A program made the position numbers and the translations under genes. 64,000 bases of DNA. It comes from Blastocladiella emersonii ATCC 22665. Lineage: Eukaryota > Fungi > Blastocladiomycota. The first letter of the stretch is position 1, and every line of letters starts with the position of its first letter. Under the pieces are notes generated by a model. That model ran no database searches, was not told where the DNA came from, and saw only the letters and a list, made by a program, of their open reading frames with translations. The DNA lies in the NCBI GenBank assembly GCA_025594325.1, contig JANHCV010000015.1:372001-436000 (forward strand), given 5' to 3'. Of this stretch, positions 44,503 through 55,505 are shown piece by piece.

Positions 44503-45303
44503 ATGCTTGCCCTCTCCATGCATTCTGCCGCGGCATCGCGCGCCGCGGCCCGCCGCCACTTCTCGGCCTCGCCCGCCGCCCTCGGGTTCAACATGGACAA
44601 CTTCTGGACCGGCATCACCAAGACGCGCCCGCGGAAGCCCGCTGGTGACGCCGCCGGCAACAACCGCGGCAACGGCGACGACGTCATGGACAAGATCTCG
44701 GAGATGGCGTCCACGTCCGGCACCGCCGCCGACGGCGGGAAGCCCATGGGCCGCTCGTTTGCGCGCCGCCGCCAGTCCGGCTTCACGCCGCGCGACGGGT
44801 CCGCTGCTCCCTCCCCCGCCGACGGCAGCGCCGCGCCCGCGGGCGACCGTGCGCCGCGCCGCGACCAGGGGCAGCGGTTCGAGCCGCGCGCGCCGCGCAC
44901 GCCCAAGTTCGGCAGCTCCCCCTCCACCTCGATGGGCGCCGGCCGGTTCATCTTCGAGACGTACCAGCCGCCGACGCTGTCCGCTATCCGCGCCGCGCAG
45001 AACCCGTGGACGCGCGACCTCGCGCGGCTGCCGACCGCGCAGCACGGCGAGGTGCTGACGGAGGAGAAGGTCAAGGCGATCCGCGAGGCGATCGGCGGCG
45101 ACTACAAGCCGTACGTCGTGGCGCTGCCCGAGGCCGCGGCCCAGACGCTGTCCGCTGAGCAGCGGCACGTCGCCGAGCAGGCGCTCCGCGTCCTCAACGC
45201 CAATGCGTCGTACAAGGTCGCGGACAAGGTGCAGGTTATCGGCACGATCGTCGAGGGGATGACCGGCGGGGAGGTCAAGCGCGCGGATATCGCGGCGGCG
45301 TAA
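44503..45303 (+). CDS. Hypothetical protein with mitochondrial presequence
   Basis: accaccATG start; MLALSMHSAAASRAAARRHFSAS; backbone-like codon bias; no family recognised. Confidence 0.7.
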   Translation: MLALSMHSAAASRAAARRHFSASPAALGFNMDNFWTGITKTRPRKPAGDAAGNNRGNGDDVMDKISEMASTSGTAADGGKPMGRSFARRRQSGFTPRDGSAAPSPADGSAAPAGDRAPRRDQGQRFEPRAPRTPKFGSSPSTSMGAGRFIFETYQPPTLSAIRAAQNPWTRDLARLPTAQHGEVLTEEKVKAIREAIGGDYKPYVVALPEAAAQTLSAEQRHVAEQALRVLNANASYKVADKVQVIGTIVEGMTGGEVKRADIAAA

Positions 45304-45359
45304 GGCTAAGTTTTGTATCTTCATCTTCTTCCAGTACCTTAACAATAATAAACCCCTCT

Positions 45360-46166
45360 CTACTCTGCACCACCCCTCCGGATCACGCAGTAGTGGTTGT
45401 CGCGGTCATACCCGGACCGCACCACCTCGCCGCCCGCCTCCGCGACATTCGCCTCGAGCTCGCCCTGCACGAACAGGTGGTAGTACCGCTTGTACACGAC
45501 GTCGACGCGCCCGTCCGCGCGCGCCACCGCCGGCGCGTCCCCCTTGGCCTCGGGTTTCCGCACGGTCGGCATGTGCCACGGCACGTACACGTCCTGCGCA
45601 GGGAACGTCCGCTTCCCGCCCTGCTGCTCCATGGCCCACACGTAGACCAGCGCCTCGCCGCCTGGGCGGAGTAGGCGGAGGACTTCCCGGATCGCGGCGA
45701 TGCGGCGCGACGGCGAGGACAGGTGGTGGATCACGGCGATTGAGATGCAAAAGTCCTACACCACAGTCGGGTCTCAGCGCGACGTTCACGACAACCACGG
45801 CGAGACAGAACGTACAAACCGGGCGCTCGGACACGGCACATCGAGCGCATCCCCGACCACCGCGTCAAACCCGCGCTCGCGGCAGATCCCCACGAGCTGG
45901 TCGCTGCGATCAACCCCCAGCGTCCACACGGCCTTGTTGACACCGAGGTACTTGCCGTTGCCGCACCCGACGTCGCACCCGACACTGCCGGGCCGCTGCT
46001 CGCGCAGGAACGCCTCGACCACGGGCCACGGCTTGTACCGCGTCGCCGAGAAGTGGATTGCAATGTCGTTGTACACGCGGTGCACCGACTCTTGCTCCAG
46101 CGCCGCGTGCGCCGCGTCGTCGGACGGGGCGGGGAGCGCGATGGGTTGCGGCGGGAGAGAGGTCAT
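45360..46166 (-). CDS. TRM9: tRNA wobble-uridine carboxymethyl methyltransferase Trm9; 2 exons
   Basis: VHRVYNDIAIHFSATRYKPWP, DVGCGNGKY; intron 45815-45756; DFCISIAVIHH, QDVYVPW and RYYHLF. Confidence 0.93.
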
Positions 46167-46281
46167 TCAGATACGTGGTGAGACGACGTCGTCGAGAACG
46201 AAGCGTGGTGGTAGCTGCTCTGCTTTCCTCGACTCGGCTCGGCCACGGAGCACACTCCACTCTCTGCAACGCATCGACACC

Positions 46282-48266
46282 ATGGATATCGACGCGCTGT
46301 TCAAGGTGAGACGCGCGATGCAGCAACCGCTGAGACGGATCGCCTAACCACGGGAACGTGTAGGCGCCGGCGCCCAAGCGCAAGGCCGACATGTTCGCGA
46401 GCCTGCCGCCCGCCAAGGCGCGCAAGACGGGCGAGCACGAGGCCACGGTCGAGGACGTGCCCGAGGAGCACGACGAGGACGGTGTCGGCGACGCGCCCGC
46501 GCCCGAGACCGGCGCCGCCGACGCCGTCCCGGACGACGAGGACGACCCGCGCTTCTTCGGCGACGGCCTGTCGGCCGAGGACCGTCGGATCCTAGACCTC
46601 GTCGACACCGCCGAGTCTGTCGACGTCGCCGAACTCGACCTGCCCGCACTCAAAAAAGTCGTGTCGCGGTTCGAAAAGGCGTACAAGACGAACCTGTCGC
46701 TGCGCAGCAAGTACCCGTCGGACCCGTCGCGGTTCCTCGATTCCGAAGTCGAGCTGGACGCCGAGGCGCGCGCGCTCGCGATCCTCGCCACGGCCCCGCA
46801 CCTGTACCGCGACGCGGTCGCGCTCAACGTGCCCGACGCGCTCGTCCGCCTCCTGACGCACGAGAACCCGGATATTGGGATGGCCGCCGTCGAGGTGGCC
46901 ACCGAGCTGCTCGACGACGACGTCATCAACCCCGAGGACGACGACGTCGGGCTCGACACGTTGCGCGGGATCCGCGAGTTTGTGGCGGATCTCCTCGAGC
47001 GCGACTTTTTGCCGATTGTCGAGGCCGCGTTCCGCCGCGAGCCCGAGCTGCACGCCGCCGTCGAGGGTGGGGGTGAGGAGGCGGAGGCGGAGCGCGACGA
47101 GGCGCTGTACAAGTACCTAGCGCTGCTCGACAACCTGCTGGGTGTCGACGAGACCATGGCGGGCGTCGTCGTCGCGCAGACCAAGTTCCTCGACCTGATC
47201 CTCGCGCAGCTCCGGCCCGCTGATCCCAAATCCGCCGCCGCCTTCTCGCCGCTCCGCGCGTACGCCGCCGAACTCCTGGCCGTGCTCGTGCAAAACGGCG
47301 GCCGCGCGGCGCGCACCGCGGTCGTCGCGGGCGGCGGGCTCGACTTGCTGCTGACGGTGCTGTCCGGGTTCCGGAAACGCGACCCGGACTCGGCCGAGAC
47401 CGCCGAGTTCATGGAGAACGCCTTCGACGCCGTGTGCTTGTGCCTGTCGGAGCCCGAGGCACAGCAAGCGTTCCGCGACGCCGAGGGCGGCGAGCTCATG
47501 GTCCTGCTGATCAAGAAGCGCCAGCGCGCGCGGATCCGCGCGGTGCGGGTGCTCAACTACGCGACGCAGCTGACCACGGGTGGGGAGGATGAGGCGGTCA
47601 AGACGGCCGTCCACCTCGTCGCCGACGCCGGCGTCCTCGGGTGCGTGTTCCCGCTGTTCATGCAGCAGGACCACCGCAAGATGGCCAAGGCGTACAAGAC
47701 CGAGTTCAGCGCGGTGTCGGACGACGAGCATCTCGCGTGTACCCTCGCCAACCTCGTGCGCGCCGTGCACCGCGCGCTCGCGAAGGGCGGGGACGAGGCG
47801 TGGACCGCCAAGGTCGCGGACGTGCACGCGCGCCTCCTGCGCAAGTTTGCCGAGGACGGGCACGCCAAGGTCATCCAGGTCGTCAAGCAGTTTGCCAAGT
47901 ACCACGAGAAGCTCGCCGCGTACGACGCGACCCGGCGCGAGGAGGAGGACGACGACGAGGAACTCGTACGCTGATGCGGGCGCCGCAACTTCAGACGCAG
48001 CTGACACCCGCGCGCATGTGTAGGACGCGGACCGCCGGTATCTCGACCGGCTCGACCGCGGCCTATCGACGCTGTCACAGCTGGCGATCCTGCTCGGGTT
48101 CCTGGTGCGCGACGACGACGAGTGCCGCGAGCTGGTCCCGATGCTCCTGCAGGCCGTCGACCTGACGCCCGCGCACGTCGCGGCCGTGCTCAAGGACTAC
48201 CTCGCGTACGCCGACCCGGGCGTCGTGGCCGAGTTCAAGGGGCTCGTCGACCAGTTCGAAAACTAA
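46282..48266 (+). CDS. CTNNBL1: Beta-catenin-like protein 1 (spliceosome-associated CTNNBL1); 3 exons
   Basis: MDIDALFK, LRSKYPSDPSRFLDSEVEL, LLTHENPDI, YAAELLAVLVQ, KRDP...EFMENAFD; last exon RLDRLDAAYRRCQLAIL. Confidence 0.92.
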
Positions 48267-48281
48267 GCTAGCTCAAATACA

Positions 48282-49164
48282 TTACTCTTCTGCACTCGTC
48301 GCGTTGGTGTGCACGCGCAGGACATCGTCGAGCGCCTCGAGCTGGTCGACCATCTTCTCGAGCGCGGCCTCGGCGTCGGGCGTCGCCACAGGCACCTTAT
48401 AGTCGTCGAGCGGCACGTACGCCGAGTCGATAGCCGCGACCGCGTGGCCGCGCGCGCGCAGCGCCGCCGCCGTCGTGTACATGCCGTTGAACGGCGTCGT
48501 GACCACCCACTCCGCCTCCCCCTCGCCGACCTCGACATCCTCGGCGCCCGCCTCAAGCGCGTCCTCGAACACGGCGTCAAACTCGCCGCCCGCGACCGTG
48601 ATCAGGCCCTTGCGCGAGAACATGTACCCGACGCTGCTCAGGTTGCCGTCGGCTTTCGTGAACACCTTGCGCACGTCCTGGAACGCCCGGTTCCCGTTGT
48701 CCGTCAGCGACTCGACCACGAACGCGAACCCGTGCGCTGTCCCCTCGTACAGCGCCGACGTGAGGGTAACGGCGTCGGGGCCCTGCGCCTTCTTGATCGC
48801 GGACTCGATCGACGCTTTCGGCATGTTCAGCGACCGCGCTTTCTGCAGCAGCGCGGCCAGCGCGGCGTTCGCGGACGGGTCCGATGAGCCCGAGGCTACA
48901 TGAGGGGGTGGGTGAGCGGGTGCGACGGGGGCGGGACGGCGACGGTGGAGGCGTACACTTGACCGCGTTGATAATCTCCCGCCCGAGCCGCGAGAAGACG
49001 AGCGCGCGCCGCGTATCGGCATCGCCCTTCTTGTGCCGGATCTTGGACCACTTGTTGTGGCCCGCGGCGAGGGACGGTGTCGCGTGGATCGCGCGGGCTG
49101 GGGTCGCGATCGCCGCCGCGAGGGCGGGCGGGGCGCGGAGAGCGGCGCGGACGGCAGAGAGCAT
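48282..49164 (-). CDS. TACO1: TACO1/YebC-family mitochondrial translation factor; 2 exons
   Basis: AGHNKWSKIRHKKG, NMPKASIESAIKKA, YEG...VESLTDNGNR, LEALDDVLRVHTN; intron 48956-48896. Confidence 0.95.
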
Positions 49165-49181
49165 GGTGTAGATGGGCTGTG

Positions 49182-49205
49182 TTAGCAGCGGTTCATGGGT
49201 TGCAT
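49182..49205 (-). promoter_or_regulatory. Putative uORF MQPMNRC* ending 17 nt before the TACO1 ATG
   Basis: ATG CAA CCC ATG AAC CGC TGC TAA; counterparts lie in front of three neighbouring genes. Confidence 0.6.
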
Positions 49206-49406
49206 AGAGTCGGGTGGCGCAGTCGCGCGGAGATGGCGGGGTCGAGGGAGAGAGAAGGGGAGGGCGGCGGTGTGGCTCGGCTGCTGTTGGCGCAGCGGAC
49301 GGCCGGCTTGGCCATCAACAACTCTATTCGCTCAGGGACGTGGATCGCCGCAAAATCGGTATATAGACACGCCAGGGCGTGGCGACAACGGCCGAGTCGC
49401 CGATCG

Positions 49407-50161
49407 TCAGGACGACGACGACGAGCCCTTGCTGCTCTCAGGTTCCCGTTCTTCTGCTTCTGCCGCAGCAGCAGGAGCGGTGCTCGCGGACTCGGACTCG
49501 GCCGAAGAAGCGCCGGGCTGCACCTGCTCGGACGGCTTCGCCTGTTGCAGTTGTGCGGGTAACGGTTCAGCCTCGACTTGGTACCAGTACGCTGCCGACT
49601 TCGACGCCTGGCCAAAGACCGGCATGATGCGCAAGTCGGCGGCCCGCGCGGCCTCGTCGTCGAGCGGTCGCCTGGATGGGCCCTTGCCGGACCAAAAGTC
49701 GGCGGACCGCCCGCCATACCGCATGCGCACCGTCGGGCCGCGGGGAGGTCGAGGTTTGCTTTTGCTCGGCTCTACGCGAGTGCGAAAAGGTCAGCCGCTT
49801 CCGATTTGCGGGTCACGGATCGGGCGCGAGGGGTACCCTTGTCCTCGGCGTCAGCGGCGTGCTCCTTAGACTTTGAGCAAGCGCGGTTCCGCTTCGCCGA
49901 GTGTCGTTTTGCCCGGTCAGAGTCGACGGGTTCTGCGACGCTCGCTGCCGACCCGGCGCGACTACTGTCGTCGGCCTGCACGGACTCTGGGCGGTTTCGG
50001 TTCCGTGACTTCTTGAGCTTGGCCGTGACCTCCGAGGGTGGTTCTGGCTCATTTTTGGCCCAGAAGCCCTCGATTCGGGCGGCGGCAGCGCACGGCGTGG
50101 CGTGGAGCGCTCGCGCCAAGCAGCGGGCCGAGAGAGTGCGGGTGGAAACGGCGGCGAGCAT
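49407..50161 (-). CDS. Orphan protein 1 with TACO1-like presequence; 2 exons
   Basis: MLAAVSTRTLSARCLARALHATP. Intron 49836-49772 (gtaccc...gctgac...tag) joins in frame to ORF 49407..49730. Confidence 0.65.
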
Positions 50162-50179
50162 CGTAGATCGGGTCCCGGG

Positions 50180-50200
50180 CTAGCAGTTCATGGGTTGCAT
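50180..50200 (-). promoter_or_regulatory. Putative uORF MQPMNC* ending 18 nt before the orphan 1 ATG
   Basis: ATG CAA CCC ATG AAC TGC TAG. Confidence 0.6.
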
Positions 50201-51533
50201 CAAGTGGCGTGGCACAGTCGAGTGGTGGTGGTGGCTCAGGGAGAGAAGCGAGCGCGCGAAGCGGACCGGCCGCGAGGCCACACGGCTCGCTTGCTCCACG
50301 GCCGATCTCGCCCGCCTCGAACGCCGTCCGATGGGATAGCGGTTCCGCCTGCCTCTGATATTCATCGTATTTTCCGAGCGGAGACTCTGGCTAGGCCATG
50401 GCCCAGACGAGAGCGCTGGGGGGAAGGCGGATCGGCCGTGGCCTTGCGAGGCGCCGCGAGACAAAGTTGTCTCGCGATTACCCCGACCACGTGACGGTAG
50501 TTTGAACGCGTTTCGTGACGCGTTTTGCGTCAGAATGATCTCCTACTCGCCAAGCAATTTGACGGTGCGCGTCGCTTGACGAACAGCAGGCTGATTTCGG
50601 CGAGAGACACAGCCACGAGCCGCACAAACTGAGTGAAGTGGTAGGGTGTCTTTGGCTTGGACGGCGAGCAAGGCATCGTTGAGCCGAGCTTCTTCTGAGT
50701 GATTGTAGATAAACTACCTTGATCAATCCGAGACAGAACCTGCGGCGTTAAGGCTGCTGTTGTCAAAGTGCCATGTGGAGGTCGGCGATGATGGATGCGG
50801 ACGAGAATCTTGGACGAAACCCCGCACGAAGGACAAGCCGGAGCTTGATGTGCGAGTGAGACCACCGCAAACTCTTCCGAAAGCAGCTTTTAAATTTATC
50901 TGACCTAGCCCTGAGAAGAGGCGACTCGTACTTTGGCCGGGTCTGTCGTTAGATCTTGTAGAGGTGTGAGCGGAGCAGGCAGGAGGGCAGGGCATTGTCG
51001 ATTAACGTCCGTCGAAAGAGAATTATATGAGCTCAAGTTATTATCTCGGTAAGAATCCCCAGGGCCTCGCGGTGAGAGCCTTCCTGCTGCGCGACGATGC
51101 TTACGCCGCTGCCCCGTTTTGTGTTCGATTATAGCTGGTTTTTCAGGTCATTTTTTTCTGTCCTGTTATCCCTGAAAGGAAATTCTTTCCCCCGCGCGCG
51201 CGAGTTCGTGGGCGACCGCGGGAGACGCGTCGCGAAAACGCGTGACCGCCCACACGACTTGTTTCCGACTTCTTCGCGCTCGTCAACGACAACGACAGCG
51301 AGTGATCAGGTTGGTGATGGCTCATCCCAGCTGTCCTCAGACTTGACTTTCAAGTCCCGAATATGAGATTCTCAAGTCAGAGCTTTTCACTCAAATCGTT
51401 TATTGCGTACTCTTTCAGGAATCTTCCTCTAAATCCTCTTCAAGCAGCAATGATCAGCATTGACGCAAGCTCTTTCTTTCAAATGATCAGACTCAAGAGA
51501 TATGTATCCATTATTCCTTCTGAACACATTCCT

Positions 51534-52553
51534 TTAATCGACAGGACGCCCATCAGCGTCGAGGTAACGCTTGTACTTGTAGCGGTAATCGCGCTCCCCG
51601 TTCGCCTTGAGAGGCCAGCCGTAGGAGACTGCACCCGAAGGATAGCCGTCGCGACCACCTCCCTGCACATCCTGCATGCCATGCATACCTTGCATACCCT
51701 GCATAGCCGGGAGGAAATAGATGGTTGGCGGTAGACGGCGTTTTGCCTCCTCCTCTTTCTGCACGCGCTTTTTACGATCCGCGTCTTCCTGCTCGCGCCG
51801 CAGGCGGTCCTGCTCCTCCTGCTCGCGCCGGCGGATGCGCTCCTGTTCAAGGCGGAGCTGCGCCTGCTGGCTCTCCCACTCGGCCTTCCGGCGCTTCTCC
51901 TCGGCGGCCTCGCGCTGGATGCGCTCGCGCTCGACCTGCTCGCGCAACTTGAGCTCATGCTCGCGCTTGTCCGCCTCGGCCTTCTCGCGCAGAACGCGCT
52001 CCCGGTCAGCCTTCTCCCGCTCGCGTTTGATCTCCTCGTCGCGCTGCTGGTCGCGAAGGTGCATCTTGTGCATCATGTCGGCCATCTCCTTGTCGCGCCG
52101 GGCGTTTTTGGCATCCTGCTCGTCGAGCGCCTTGCGCAGGACCGCCTTCACGTCCGCGGCCGATGGCGTCGAGGTGGCCGACGGCTTGGAGCCGCCCTGG
52201 GCCTGGTTTTTGAGCAGCTCCTCGTAGAGCTGGCGCATCTTCTTGAGCTCCTCCTCGGCAGCGTCGGCGTGGTACTTGTCGGGCTGAGGGACCAGGTCCT
52301 TGGGACCTTCGAACTGGGGGCCGCAGCTGTCGGGTACCGTTGAATGCGCCGAAAGGGACTTGTCGTACTTGCCGCGATGGAAGGGGTCGCGAAGAATGTT
52401 GTAGGCGTCCGTGAGCTCGCGGAACTGCTGGGCCGCGGCCGGGCTTTTGTTGCGGTCCGGGTGGCACGTCAGGGCCTTGGTGCGGTAGGCGCGCCTGATC
52501 TCCTCCTGCGTCGCGCTGCGCGGGACGCCGAGTAGGTCGTAGTGGTTTGGCAT
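51534..52553 (-). CDS. DnaJ-domain protein with long charged (E/R/K) helical region
   Basis: NHYDLLGV...AYRTKALTCHPDRN...FRELTDAYNILRDP...YD; intronless; E/R/K/Q-rich middle. Confidence 0.88.
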   Translation of the reverse strand: MPNHYDLLGVPRSATQEEIRRAYRTKALTCHPDRNKSPAAAQQFRELTDAYNILRDPFHRGKYDKSLSAHSTVPDSCGPQFEGPKDLVPQPDKYHADAAEEELKKMRQLYEELLKNQAQGGSKPSATSTPSAADVKAVLRKALDEQDAKNARRDKEMADMMHKMHLRDQQRDEEIKREREKADRERVLREKAEADKREHELKLREQVERERIQREAAEEKRRKAEWESQQAQLRLEQERIRRREQEEQDRLRREQEDADRKKRVQKEEEAKRRLPPTIYFLPAMQGMQGMHGMQDVQGGGRDGYPSGAVSYGWPLKANGERDYRYKYKRYLDADGRPVD

Positions 52554-52721
52554 TGCGTAGTCGGTGTCTGCTCGCTGCAAGTGGTTCTGATGATGCTAAA
52601 CGAGAGCTAGGGCGGTCCGCCTTTTATCGACAGACACGGTCAAGCTTCCTTTCTTGACAGGGAAATGAAAATGAGTGGACAAAAGGGTGACAAACAGTCG
52701 ACAAAAACCGTGCTGACCCGA

Positions 52722-52764
52722 GTGGCGCAGCGCGTCAAGGATAAGCCACGTGGTGGCGCGCCAC
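52722..52764 (-). promoter_or_regulatory. Two copies of the composite motif (ACGCGCTGCGCCAC and GCGCCACCACGTG) 170-210 bp upstream of the DnaJ gene
   Basis: Plus-strand gtggcgcagcgcgt (52722-35) and cacgtggtggcgcgccac (52747-64). Confidence 0.6.
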
Positions 52765-53603
52765 GACTTAATGCTCGACTGCCGATCTTTCTCGGGATCG
52801 CATGCAGGTACGACACGTCACATTTTTACAAGGTTTTCATTTAGAGAGATCGAACGAAAGAACCGTTTATAAACCATGAAGGATCCGGCGCAGTCGCTCA
52901 AGCTCAACGACTATGCTGAACCTTGACGTTGACGTTGACCTTGGGCTTGGTCATGCTGTTACGCCGAACTTTGACCTTTTGAACAACGATTGAAGTCGCA
53001 CCCGGGCGATCCCCGGTCTTGGCCACCTTGCCGTGCCGCCGCTCGTAGTGTACGGCCTCTTGAACGTAGGGTTTGCGCAGCAGCTTCTCCGCTACGCAAA
53101 TCGTAGAGTGTTAGTGCAAGCAGTGTTTGGATGTCAGATGTAGCCTGCCGTCGTCGAGACAAGCGTCCAAAGCAAGTGCGACATACAAATCGTCGCGTCG
53201 ATGGAACGCGTTGCGCTTCATGCGTTTGATGGGCTGACCCTTCCCCTTCCTGCCCGAGTTGCTTTTTGCGGGAGTCGCAGGTCGCTTGCCGTGTTCCAAA
53301 TGGTCAGCTCAAGGCTTTCCGCTGACCGAGGGACTCATCGCACCGCGCATCAACCCGGCCCATCGCTCATCTTCCACAGCGCGCACACGTCCCCGTCAAG
53401 AGAAGTCGCGTTCATCTCCGCCCAATGCTGTAACCGTGTCCTCAATCCAAAGCTCGCTGATCGCGTCATCAGTGTTGCACCGCTGAGAACAACAACGATG
53501 AATTGACATGGGCGCCAGCAAGTACTGACCGTGCACCGCGAGAACGAGGTGAAGACGCCAGCGCGATCCACGCTTCACTCGTCCCGCGACCCTGGCCAAG
53601 CAC

Positions 53604-54401
53604 TCAACCACGGCGCTCCGGCCGCTCGCGCGTGGCATCGTCCTTGCGGACGCCGTGCTTGGCATTGCGTTTGGCCTTGATGATGGCCTTGAGCCGATCC
53701 TCGGATGCAGTTTCAAAGCGGAGGTTGTCAAAGTACGCGTCGGCGCGGGACCGCCCAGCGTGAGCGAAAGGCGACTCGTCGGAGTGGTCAGACGCGGCAC
53801 GTTGACGCGCCGGGTGACCGTCCGCGTGTGCCGCTGGCGATCTAGGCATGCCGTTGAGATGGGCTACGCAACGACGAGATCAGTCAGCGGGTGGATAACC
53901 GCCCCATGGCTGCGCAGACGGAGACGCTTGCTGCCCGGCAACCCCGCCGACACGAGCAACCGTACCGGGTTCCTTGAGCGCGTCCAGTAAGAGTCGTACA
54001 ACGAGGTCCTCGTTGGGCTCGGTAGGGCTGGACTGCGCAGTTTCCTCCAGCTTGCTGACTACAACGGATGCGCATCGGGGATGTTCACGAGCGGCTGGAT
54101 TAATACCGCGTGCCACCTTTGCCGAGCATCTCCCAAAGCTGTACGAATAAAGCACGCTTGTACCGTTTGTACCGAAATTCAATCGTGAAATGAGGCTGCT
54201 CACCGCCAAACTCGAAGCAAGCGCGGACGCCTTGGCCCGTTTCCCACCGAGGAAACGGCGGTCCAGATTCTTTTCAAGGGAGGAGGGTGGTTTCTTTGGA
54301 TATGTAGCCTTTGAAACCGTCCGGGTCCCGTGCAGCAGCCGCGCATGGCCGCCGACGGGAGCGCGCAGGTGCGCCACGGCGCGGAGGACGGAGGACAACA
54401 T
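53604..54401 (-). CDS. Orphan protein 2 with TACO1-like presequence; at least 2 exons
   Basis: MLSSVLRAVAHLRAPVGGHARLLHGT. An intron (gtacgg...gctgac...tag, about 53966-53862) joins in frame to ORF 53604..53849. Confidence 0.6.
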
Positions 54402-54416
54402 AACGTGATTCTCTGA

Positions 54417-54437
54417 CTAGCTCTTCATGAGTTGCAT
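54417..54437 (-). promoter_or_regulatory. Putative uORF MQLMKS* ending 15 nt before the orphan 2 ATG
   Basis: ATG CAA CTC ATG AAG AGC TAG. Confidence 0.6.
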
Positions 54438-54565
54438 CAAGTGTCCCAACAAAGACATGCGTACGGGACAGCAGCGGAGGAGAAGCTTGTCGCGGGAGCG
54501 GCGACGCGTCTCAGCTCCAGCGCGAGGCGCTCGTCTCGGTTCACCCGGTGACAGCAGGGCCTGCT

Positions 54566-54578
54566 GTGGCGCAACGCG
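54566..54578 (-). promoter_or_regulatory. Half composite motif CGCGTTGCGCCAC about 165 bp upstream of orphan 2
   Basis: Exact 13-mer shared with 21013, 32954, 36746 and 38035. Confidence 0.55.
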
Positions 54579-54825
54579 GACGCCGACAGCTCCAAGCGGC
54601 AGCTCTGCGGGCATCGGTCACTGTGAAGCAGAGCGAGTCGGACATGATGAGTACCGTAGAGAGACCTCGCTATCGTCGTGCAAAAGTCGGAGAGGATCGC
54701 AGCATGTAGATAGACTACCAGCTCTGACACTTTCCAGTCTCGCGCCAACCGCAGGTCGTCCGACGCCGCTTCGGCCTGTCCGCGCCCTCGCAAGTGAAGC
54801 TCTTTTGCCGACGATACATCCTGCT

Positions 54826-55487
54826 TCATTGAGAAACGCGTATATTGCCAGGCGTAACGAAAATCGTCGCCACACCCTGCAAGCGAGAGCGACACCCGCG
54901 CGTGATGGCGAGGGAGATGAAGTCTACCCGCCGTGATTCTTGGCTAAACAATGACGCAAACCGATGCAATGAGTGGTGGCTCACTTCTACACGTCTGGTA
55001 CGCGACAAGCACGTACCGTCATGGTACATCTGCATCAAGCGGGCAACGTCCTTGTCGCCTAGCTTTCTGACGCTACTGCAACTACCCGGCTCGGACCGCT
55101 CCCAGAAATCTTCCAGTCGCGACTTGGTAGCAGGCTCGGCTTCCGTAGGAGCCGGGATCTCGCCCGCTACACGCAAGGAATCGCATCGTGGCGCGTGAGT
55201 GGGCGACAGTGTGGTTCTAGCGCTGGTGGCGTGGAGGCGAACGCACACTTGATCTTGGCGCTGATCATCCCAATCAGATCATTCAAGTCGGCGCCAGAGT
55301 CGTCCAACGACTTGACCCGCGGGTCGGCTGGTTGAGAAGGCGCGCGAGACTTCGTGTCGACGACAGACGGGTCGTTCTCTCCAAGGCCGCGTAGCGCGTT
55401 CGACACCGCGGGTCTGGTCGCGTGCAGGTGGCGGGCCGATTTGAGGGCGGGCGCGCGGATGGTGACACGGAGAGTCGAGGACAGCAT
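54826..55487 (-). CDS. Orphan protein 3 with TACO1-like presequence; spliced, 3' end uncertain
   Basis: MLSSTLRVTIRAPALKSARHLHAT. A gtgcgt...gtag intron joins to the GEIPAP...RLEDFWERSEP frame; a further gtacgt donor follows YHD. Confidence 0.55.
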
Positions 55488-55505
55488 AATAGGGCTCTCT
55501 GACAG

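Noticed and set aside
52904-53300. Possible spliced gene fragment with a canonical intron (gtatgt 53186...actaac...tag 53092)
   Set aside because: No ATG-initiated frame could be joined convincingly across it. It may be a decayed gene or a further exon of orphan 2, so it was left unannotated.
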